IMG/VR virus record: IMGVR_UViG_3300021085_002396
Direction: 5' to 3' (one strand)
DNA: 64,000 nucleotides
From: an uncultured virus (IMG/VR IMGVR_UViG_3300021085_002396)
Lineage: Duplodnaviria; Heunggongvirae; Uroviricota; Caudoviricetes
In this document: piece after piece, positions 57,026 to 64,000 of the stretch
Layout: every line of letters begins with the position of its first letter
Numbering within the stretch: position 1 is the stretch's first letter
The notes under the pieces: generated by a model
Databases searched by the model: none
Told to the model about the DNA's origin: nothing
Seen by the model: only the letters and a program-made list of their open reading frames with translations
Program-made: the position numbers and the translations under genes

Positions 57026-57700
57026 TTATTTTTTAGTGGCTATTAATAAATAGTATCCTTCATCGAGTGTATCTTGAAATTGTATAAACTCATAACTAAA
57101 TCTATCTCCTAAATGTTCTTCTAGTCTTTTATGAGGTATAAACTTTTCATTTTCTAAAAAAGCTATTTGACCATTTTTAGTTAACCTGTCGTAAACTTCC
57201 TCACAAAAATGAGTATGAAATTTAAAATCTTCGTCTAATAAAATTAATCTAGATTGTCTCTCTTCTTCTGGTGTTTCTGTAGGAAACCATTCAGGGACAG
57301 TCTTAGCTAGATTATCAAATTGTTTTTCTTCTACTAAATGAGGAGGGTTAAGAACTATTAAATTAACTTTTGGACCTGTATATGATTTAAAACCATCAGA
57401 CACTTTATGACTAACTTTAAAATTAACTCTCTTTTTATTCTCCTTATAAGAATCTGCTACTTCAGGATTAATATCTAAAAAGTAAGCATTATTAAGGTTT
57501 AACTTATATGCTAGGTAGTAGCCCATAAACCCTGGACCGCTACACATTTCCATTACGGATGTAGTAGCATTAAACTTATCGAGAACACCTGGTTTACTCA
57601 AAAACTTTTCTATAAAGAAAGGTCCTCCTCCATTATGTTTATTTACATGACTGAGCGATAAATCACACCCCAGTGGTCCATTGATGATGCAAGTTTCCAT
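57026..57700 (-). CDS. SAM methyltransferase (HemK/MTS-like)
   Basis: EMCSGPG..G, DIN, SDG, NPPH. Confidence 0.85.
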   Translation of the reverse strand: METCIINGPLGCDLSLSHVNKHNGGGPFFIEKFLSKPGVLDKFNATTSVMEMCSGPGFMGYYLAYKLNLNNAYFLDINPEVADSYKENKKRVNFKVSHKVSDGFKSYTGPKVNLIVLNPPHLVEEKQFDNLAKTVPEWFPTETPEEERQSRLILLDEDFKFHTHFCEEVYDRLTKNGQIAFLENEKFIPHKRLEEHLGDRFSYEFIQFQDTLDEGYYLLIATKK

Positions 57701-58608
57701 TACTGTCTTAAAGTCTTCCTAATAGTATATTCTGGGTTAGTAAAAAATTCTGGAATTAATGATTGATGAGTAGCTCTAATAGGATTAATATCTAATCCTC
57801 CTCTACGAGTATATAAACAAGCAACCATTAACTGTTCTGGTTTACAAGCATCAGATAAATGCTTAAATACCATTTCACATATTTCCTCGTGAAAATGACT
57901 AACTGTTCTATGACTAACAATATATTTAGCTATTGATTCTGCTGTTGGTACGTTTTTACCTATAATCTTAATAAATACATCACCCCAATCTGGTTGGTTA
58001 GTCACTCTACAATTAGACCTTAATAAGTTAGAACTAAATCTAACAGTAGTAGTATCGCTATGCTCTTCAATATCAAGCTGACTTTCATCTGATTGGAAAG
58101 CTGTAAAGTCTATAGCATCTAAGTTAGCTATTTCTCCTAAATCTGTATACTCTTGAAAAGATAAAGGTTCAGTTTCTAGATCTGAAGCATAGAAAGTAAC
58201 AGTTGTTGTAGTCTCTAATAATTCATCTAGATCTCTCTTAACTCTTGCTTCAATACCACTAATACAATCAGCTGCATTATCTCCTATTCTGGTCATATTA
58301 AATGAATTCAAATATAATTTAATTGACTTAGATTCTACGTGAAATTCACTATTACTAGGGCAAACGATTTTTAGCATTCCTGCTACTGGTTGACCTTTAG
58401 TAGTAATTGCTGATACTTCGTAACAATTCCATGTATCTACTCCTACAAAGCTATCAGATGTTAATCCGTAACCTTCTCTATTTAAGTATCTTGGTATTTT
58501 TACTAGTAGCTCAGGAGCATAGGTATCTTTGTACCCAGCACCTCCTACAGTTCCTAAATGTTTAGATGCAATATCTACAACTTCTTGATAATTTTTAACT
58601 TCTGCCAT
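57700..58608 (-). CDS. queF: NADPH-dependent preQ0 reductase (bimodular type)
   Basis: W..YE.S, ESKSIKLYLNSFN, SNC.VT.QPDW, FHEE.CE, YTRRGGLDINP. Confidence 0.95.
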   Translation of the reverse strand: MAEVKNYQEVVDIASKHLGTVGGAGYKDTYAPELLVKIPRYLNREGYGLTSDSFVGVDTWNCYEVSAITTKGQPVAGMLKIVCPSNSEFHVESKSIKLYLNSFNMTRIGDNAADCISGIEARVKRDLDELLETTTTVTFYASDLETEPLSFQEYTDLGEIANLDAIDFTAFQSDESQLDIEEHSDTTTVRFSSNLLRSNCRVTNQPDWGDVFIKIIGKNVPTAESIAKYIVSHRTVSHFHEEICEMVFKHLSDACKPEQLMVACLYTRRGGLDINPIRATHQSLIPEFFTNPEYTIRKTLRQ

Positions 58609-58609
58609 A

Positions 58610-58975
58610 TTAACCTTTAAATAATTGTTTTTTACCACCCTCATAAACATAAGCGTGACCGTTTTCTATTAATAAATCATTAAGAGATTTTTCTTCTCCA
58701 TCTATGAATATTTCTGCAAGTACTCTACCGTACTTACCTTTACCGTAAGATTGTATTTCAAACTTACCATCATTCATCTCTAGGTATTTTTTCGTAAATT
58801 CCGAAGCAAGTAAACCTTTAGCTTTTTCCTCTAGGTTTCTTGTTCTCTTTTCCCAGGTGTCAACACCTTTAAATCTTAACCTAGCTTTTACCCAGGTACT
58901 AAATCCTAAATCGATCATAACATCTGCTGTGTCACCATCTACTACTCTTAGTAATTTTGCTCCGTATCTAAACAT
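58610..58975 (-). CDS. Thermonuclease (SNase) family protein
   Basis: VVDGDT, R..GVDT.E, KYGR.L, L...GHA..Y. Confidence 0.9.
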   Translation of the reverse strand: MFRYGAKLLRVVDGDTADVMIDLGFSTWVKARLRFKGVDTWEKRTRNLEEKAKGLLASEFTKKYLEMNDGKFEIQSYGKGKYGRVLAEIFIDGEEKSLNDLLIENGHAYVYEGGKKQLFKG

Positions 58976-59489
58976 TTATAAATTTTAATATTTGTTCTAC
59001 CCTTTGCATAGGGGAACCAGTTATCGTCAAGTAAGGCTGACGTACACCTTCTAATACTGCTTTAAACTCTTCATCAATATCTGTTCTCCACTTTTCATTT
59101 ACACTTCTAACTCCATCATCTACAGAATCAAATTCTATAGGAAAATAAATATAATGAGTATATTCATGCTTTATTCTATTCCAAGTATCATTAATATACT
59201 TGATTGTTCCTCCTCCAACATTATCCATAAATCTTGTATATACTACAACATCCATAAAACATCTATCGAGAACTTGATTATAAGGTTGCAATAAAGCCTC
59301 TAAGTGAAAACAGCTAATAGCTAACTGAGTAGCTTCTGTTCCTTTCTCATTAATAGGAAATTCGTAACTACTTACAGTTCTAGTAGACTCATTTACGAAT
59401 TCATACTTAGGTAATTTATTTTTAAGTAGTTCATAAACAGTAGTCTTACCTGTACTACTAGCTCCTACTAATGCTATTCTTTTAATCAT
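58968..59489 (-). CDS. P-loop kinase (AAA_28/NMP kinase-like)
   Basis: GASSTGKTT, E..R, DR...D, DDGVR. Confidence 0.85.
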   Translation of the reverse strand: MIKRIALVGASSTGKTTVYELLKNKLPKYEFVNESTRTVSSYEFPINEKGTEATQLAISCFHLEALLQPYNQVLDRCFMDVVVYTRFMDNVGGGTIKYINDTWNRIKHEYTHYIYFPIEFDSVDDGVRSVNEKWRTDIDEEFKAVLEGVRQPYLTITGSPMQRVEQILKFINV

Positions 59490-59521
59490 AAAACCTTTTT
59501 ATTTATATAAAGATAAGAAAT

Positions 59522-60070
59522 TTACTTCGTATTTCCTAATAATTCTTTTAAAAATTCTAACCACAAATATAACGATCTATCCCTCATAGTTTCCCACATC
59601 TCCGTTTCTGTAATACCCCAAGAGTTAAAGAATATTTCCTTTAAGACTCTTCCTTCATCTACTCCTGCAGTAACTTTATGTATTACTGCTCCCATTACTT
59701 CATGTTTTGCTAGATATGCTTTAAGTTGAGGATCTTTACCTTTTAATTCAGGGTACCTAGTAATCAAACCTGGATGTCCATTGTATATATTAAACTTATC
59801 ACAAATTTCAGGAGGCATAATTCTTAACCAACCATGTAATGTTATTGTAGCTTCCGGAAAATAAACTAAAAACTCTTCATAATCCTCTAACGTAGGTTTA
59901 TTAGGTAATGTATAGAATCCTTTTTCTACAATTCTAGGATCTACAGTTCGAAGATCTTCCGGTCTATCGTTAGTATAAATTCTATCAGGCCATCGACCTA
60001 TTGATTCCGCTATGTCTGCTATTTCTTTACCAGTTTGGCTAAAGAACGTTATCCACATTTTGCTGTCCAT
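59522..60070 (-). CDS. Formyltransferase (PurN-like; candidate preQ1 formyltransferase)
   Basis: GWLRI, NGHPGL..YP.LKG, G..IH.V...VDEG. Confidence 0.85.
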   Translation of the reverse strand: MDSKMWITFFSQTGKEIADIAESIGRWPDRIYTNDRPEDLRTVDPRIVEKGFYTLPNKPTLEDYEEFLVYFPEATITLHGWLRIMPPEICDKFNIYNGHPGLITRYPELKGKDPQLKAYLAKHEVMGAVIHKVTAGVDEGRVLKEIFFNSWGITETEMWETMRDRSLYLWLEFLKELLGNTK

Positions 60071-60866
60071 TTGTAAACCATCTAAATTTTTGAATATTAC
60101 TTTTAATATATGTTAATTGATCTTCATTAACTTCATAGTTAATTAATTCAAATAACTTCTGAGATTCTTTATCCCATAGTCCTTGATCTTTATAGATTAT
60201 TTCTTTTATTCCATGTACTACAGGATTAGATGTATCTAAAGAGTATATCCAATCATAGTTAGATTCTCTATATAACATAAACTCTTGAGGTAAACCACAT
60301 CCTAATAAATGATGAGGCTTATCTTTATTAATAACATCGTTTTTAACTAAATCTCCAAGTAGCTTTGCACGTCCTAGCATCCAACTAACGTACTTGTTAG
60401 GATGCGGACAAACCTCTTCATAATACGAATAATCAAAAGATATAGCAATCATATCTACAGGAGCTACTTTATCCATATAGTCGTAACAGCTAGCTATTGA
60501 TTCATATGTTTTACCTTGTACTACTCCAATTGCTTTTCCCGGTAGACTATCTTTAGGATACTTTTCAAAAAACTTATGAGCTTGATCACAAGTCTTAAAA
60601 CATTGCTCTAAAGCATCTGGAACTATATACCAAGTGGGTTTTAGTTCTTTTATCCAGTATGCAAATCTATCAGCATCGAATGCTTCTTCTAATTCAAATA
60701 TAGAATTATCTAAAATTACTTCTCTACCGTTTGCTAATGCATCTTTAAAGTGTTGAAGGTACTCTTCGTCTTCTTCAAATAAATGTACTAAAGCATAATC
60801 GTAGTCTGTAAATTTCTGTACAGTACTAAAAATACTCTTTGGTGATTCGTGTGCTATCTTAATCAA
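60039..60866 (-). CDS. TGT/DpdA-like 7-deazaguanine transglycosylase
   Basis: ILDNS.F, PD, GVVQG, HHLLG, SLDTS; sits in the que cluster. Confidence 0.75.
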   Translation of the reverse strand: MIKIAHESPKSIFSTVQKFTDYDYALVHLFEEDEEYLQHFKDALANGREVILDNSIFELEEAFDADRFAYWIKELKPTWYIVPDALEQCFKTCDQAHKFFEKYPKDSLPGKAIGVVQGKTYESIASCYDYMDKVAPVDMIAISFDYSYYEEVCPHPNKYVSWMLGRAKLLGDLVKNDVINKDKPHHLLGCGLPQEFMLYRESNYDWIYSLDTSNPVVHGIKEIIYKDQGLWDKESQKLFELINYEVNEDQLTYIKSNIQKFRWFTNGQQNVDNVL

Positions 60867-61041
60867 TATCTAAATCTTTAAATGCGTTATTTAAATCCAT
60901 AGTAGATTTTTTTATTGTATCTACTACCTGTTCAAGTGACTTATTACTTGCATAAGCCTCTGCTAGAGCTTTCACTGCTATATCGTAAGGTACATATAAA
61001 GTACCTTCTACTTCTTTTTTATGTTCGTCTAAGTTAATCAT
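60859..61041 (-). CDS. Hypothetical protein
   Basis: 60 aa ORF overlapping both neighbours. Confidence 0.65.
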   Translation of the reverse strand: MINLDEHKKEVEGTLYVPYDIAVKALAEAYASNKSLEQVVDTIKKSTMDLNNAFKDLDID

Positions 61042-61579
61042 TAAAAAATTGTTTAAGGTCGGGTCTAAAATAACTAAGGCTTTTCAATACTTTTCTATCT
61101 CTTGTTCTGTAGACAACGTACCGTCCTTCCGCAACCTTCTCAAAATGACAGGCCTCACCTTGCTCCTTAGCTCTTTGGCTGACACTCTGTATGGCCTCTT
61201 CTTCAGTTTTGCAAGCTTTTGACATATTAGAAGCTTGTACTTCTTGATATGCTGGCCATATCTTATCTTTAAGGCCATGTAGCATAGTACCGTTCCCAAG
61301 GGAAACATAAGTAATGTCGCACAAAGCGTCCAAAACTTCCACAATGTCCCCTCTTTCGCAAGCTTCTCTATATTCTTCGAGTTCTTCGAGGATAAAATCA
61401 TAGACAAATTTCCACTCTTTGTATTCTGGGATGACTGGTTCATAGTTATTAGTTTTTCCGAATGTATTATTAAATGTTTCTACTTCATCTACAAAAGGAA
61501 CTCCGTTAGTCCATACTGGTAGCGGTTCCATGTCTTTCATCTCATTATCTGAGAATAATGTTAATTGGTTATCTTTCAT
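61034..61579 (-). CDS. MazG-like NTP pyrophosphohydrolase
   Basis: EELEEY..A...E.LDAL.D..YV, V..SNMSK, KVLKS. Confidence 0.9.
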   Translation of the reverse strand: MKDNQLTLFSDNEMKDMEPLPVWTNGVPFVDEVETFNNTFGKTNNYEPVIPEYKEWKFVYDFILEELEEYREACERGDIVEVLDALCDITYVSLGNGTMLHGLKDKIWPAYQEVQASNMSKACKTEEEAIQSVSQRAKEQGEACHFEKVAEGRYVVYRTRDRKVLKSLSYFRPDLKQFFND

Positions 61580-61916
61580 AATCGTCTTCTAATCTTACTA
61601 TATCGTCTTCTCCGAAATAGCTTCCTGTTTGTGTTTCTATAAATTGTGATACTTCCATAGTATCGTTAAATGCTCTGTGTTTAGCTCCTTGAGGAATAAC
61701 TATTGAATCCCCAGGATATAACTCATGTAAAACATCATCTAAAATAACTGATAATTTACCTTTTACACAAGCCCAAACTTCTGATCTTTTATGATGGTAT
61801 TGATAAGATAATCTACCGCCTGGTTTTACAGTTATAATTTTAACCTTAGTTGTATCAGTATCTAATAATACATCATAACAACCCCAAGGTCTTTCATCGT
61901 GTTCTAATGCTTGCAT
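61569..61916 (-). CDS. Type II mannose-6-phosphate isomerase cupin domain
   Basis: RPWG.Y, LS.Q.H..RSE.W, Y.GEDDIVR. Confidence 0.92.
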   Translation of the reverse strand: MQALEHDERPWGCYDVLLDTDTTKVKIITVKPGGRLSYQYHHKRSEVWACVKGKLSVILDDVLHELYPGDSIVIPQGAKHRAFNDTMEVSQFIETQTGSYFGEDDIVRLEDDYER

Positions 61917-62617
61917 ATACTTGCTAATTCTATATTTTTATAAAACTCTGCTTTAGCTGAGTCTTCATTTAGAAATGCTCCAGTTAATTTAGCTGTTTGC
62001 ATAGAAGCTCCTCCATGCTTAACTCCTCTACATGATACACATGCATGAGTTGCATTTACTTGAACTGCTACTCCTAAATTACCTTCACATATCTTATCTA
62101 CAGCATTATGTATAGCTACAGTTAGCTGTTCTTGAATAGCTCCTCTTCTGCCGAATTGCTCTACTATTCTATTTAATTTAGATAGTCCTACTACCTTACC
62201 ATCTTCTGATGCTATATAAGCAATACTTACTGTACCTCTAATAGCTTGATGGTGATGAGAGCACATAGACGTTACAGGTATATTACTTTCCTGTACAATA
62301 CCGTCATAACCGTCAGATGGAAATGCTGTAATACGATCTAGTGGAGCATATCTTCCAGCCCATAAATCGTTAACGTATGCTTTTGCTACTCTCATTGGAG
62401 TATCTGAAGAGTTAGGATCATCAGCATAATCACATCCTAAGGCAGTTAGAAAATCTGCATATGCTTTTGCTGCATTATCTATAATAACTTGCTTCTCTTC
62501 AGCATTTAACCTTGCTTCAGGTCCTTCTTTCTCCTGTTTCTTTGCTAATTGACTTGATATTCCGTTAGCAAAACCGGCTCGAACTAATTCTGTTCCTTCT
62601 ATAAACTTTTTAGGCAT
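61904..62617 (-). CDS. folE: GTP cyclohydrolase I
   Basis: TP.RVA, SMCSHH, GLSKL.R, IQE.LT, H.C..CRG. Confidence 0.97.
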   Translation of the reverse strand: MPKKFIEGTELVRAGFANGISSQLAKKQEKEGPEARLNAEEKQVIIDNAAKAYADFLTALGCDYADDPNSSDTPMRVAKAYVNDLWAGRYAPLDRITAFPSDGYDGIVQESNIPVTSMCSHHHQAIRGTVSIAYIASEDGKVVGLSKLNRIVEQFGRRGAIQEQLTVAIHNAVDKICEGNLGVAVQVNATHACVSCRGVKHGGASMQTAKLTGAFLNEDSAKAEFYKNIELASICKH

Positions 62618-62681
62618 AATATAACTTCTGTTTTTATTGAGGTTCTACGACTCATTGTTAATACAATATAGTAATTTATTT

Positions 62682-63080
62682 TTAATTATCCAAATAATCT
62701 TGGATGGATTTTGCGTTTTCATTTTCCCATGGGTATACAATCCATTCAGGTCCTACTTCTTCAACATAGTAATTAGGTTTAAATACTGATTGTTTTTTAT
62801 AGTGTAGAGATGCATACATAGGTTTTGGACATTCATCATAATACTTTTTAAATGTTTTTCCTGTGTCAGCTATATCATCAATAACTAATAAGTGAGGATA
62901 ATGATTACTAATGTTGTTAAAATACTCAACTCCAAATCTATGAGAATATAAGATAGCTATTATTGCTCCTCCTCTTGGAATACCTGTTACTAATCTAGCT
63001 TTCCCTCCTACTTGTTCATGTAACTTATCTAAAAGTACATTTATATCGTCCCAAGTTAAATATACTTTCTCTACTCCCAT
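62682..63080 (-). CDS. Purine phosphoribosyltransferase (Gpt-like)
   Basis: GIPRGG, VIDDIADTGKT, WIVYPWE. Confidence 0.9.
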   Translation of the reverse strand: MGVEKVYLTWDDINVLLDKLHEQVGGKARLVTGIPRGGAIIAILYSHRFGVEYFNNISNHYPHLLVIDDIADTGKTFKKYYDECPKPMYASLHYKKQSVFKPNYYVEEVGPEWIVYPWENENAKSIQDYLDN

Positions 63081-63134
63081 GTATGATTTGTTGTCCAGTA
63101 ATTATCTGGTAATTCTATTGTTGCGATAACTGAG

Positions 63135-63449
63135 TTATCCGTTCCACTTTTCTCCAAAAAATTCATAATTTAATTTAACATATTTATCTGTGCCATCTTT
63201 TTCTATGGCTGTTTCTTCATCTTCGTAGATTGCATCTACTGGACATTCCGGAAGACAAGCACCACAGTCGATACATTCTTCAGGATTAATATAGAGCATT
63301 TTATTAACTAGCTCTTCTTTACTCATATCTGCTACTTCAGCTCCTGCTCCATCTACTTTAATAGGACCATGTATACAATCTACTGGGCAAACTGCTACAC
63401 AAGCTGTATCACAGGTACTAACGCAAGGATGTCCAATTATATAACTCAT
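63135..63449 (-). CDS. Ferredoxin (4Fe-4S dicluster)
   Basis: C...CD.ACV.VCPVDCI; CIDCGACLPECPV.AI. Confidence 0.93.
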   Translation of the reverse strand: MSYIIGHPCVSTCDTACVAVCPVDCIHGPIKVDGAGAEVADMSKEELVNKMLYINPEECIDCGACLPECPVDAIYEDEETAIEKDGTDKYVKLNYEFFGEKWNG

Positions 63450-64000
63450 TAGACTTCTCTTTGATCTTCAAATGCAATAATATGAGGTCTCCAGGTCATT
63501 CTATAACCATTATCTCTAACCCAATCAAATAATATAGGGTAAGATTTATATAAAGCTTCTCTACTATCTCCAGCAGGCATAAACCATACTTTATCTTTTG
63601 GAGCATTTAGTGTTTCAATACATTCCATAATTTCATTTAGAGCATTATTATCTTTACCGTCCCAAACAGGTTTAATATGGTAATCAGAATGATAGTCCAT
63701 ACTCTGTTTTATAGTATCGTATTTTAATCTAAATTTATTATGTTGTTTAATCATTCTTTCGTCTGTAGTCGCTCCTTGAGGCGTAGATACTCCCAGTACA
63801 GGAACACTATTGGAGAACTTAGGACTAATAGAAAGCAAATTAATAGGATAATCAGTGGGTAGAAAATGGCTTCCTTCAGTCTCGATAGTAATAAAGATAT
63901 TTCTTTCATTAGCAAAGTGTGTTAATTCGTTTACAAGTTTTTTATGCATAGTAGGTGAACCTCCAGTTAACATCATTTCTGATATTTGAGGATTCTTATC
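63449..64000 (-). CDS. queE: 7-carboxy-7-deazaguanine synthase (radical SAM), 5' truncated by the window edge
   Basis: LTGG.P, ETEG, SISPK, R.H; frame stays open to position 64000. Confidence 0.85.
   Translation of the reverse strand, partial: DKNPQISEMMLTGGSPTMHKKLVNELTHFANERNIFITIETEGSHFLPTDYPINLLSISPKFSNSVPVLGVSTPQGATTDERMIKQHNKFRLKYDTIKQSMDYHSDYHIKPVWDGKDNNALNEIMECIETLNAPKDKVWFMPAGDSREALYKSYPILFDWVRDNGYRMTWRPHIIAFEDQREV

Noticed and set aside
1..64000. Stop-codon reassignment or a cellular origin
   Set aside because: TAA, TAG and TGA all end genes cleanly with tight overlaps; single-strand dense small ORFs and the gene mix indicate a phage

Overview
A 64 kb segment of a large AT-rich dsDNA bacteriophage genome (standard genetic code), with essentially all genes on the minus strand. 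A Bacteroidota (probably Flavobacteriia) host is inferred from the TTG-N19-21-TAnnTTT-type promoters, an Hc1-like protein and Bacteroidota-style lipoproteins. Contents from left to right: small hypothetical genes; an initiator tRNA preceded by a ~280 nt structured RNA; a modification-enzyme island around a GspS-like ATP-grasp domain fused to three tandem Hint domains; DUF932 and RadA-like genes; a nucleotide-sugar/glycosyltransferase/PAPS cluster; a PD-(D/E)XK nuclease; a putative lysis cassette; a CsgG-like envelope module; a metK-mtnN-apt SAM cycle; GroEL/GroES/Hsp20/J-domain chaperones; a family A DNA polymerase; and a 7-deazaguanine cluster (folE, queE, queF, TGT-like, formyltransferase). 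The most novel candidate is the Hint polyprotein, whose catalytic residues are arranged so that it could excise two micro-peptides (AP and RFIFS). Many tailoring enzymes around it share a C-terminal di-aliphatic tag. All calls come from motif recognition by eye; no searches were run.
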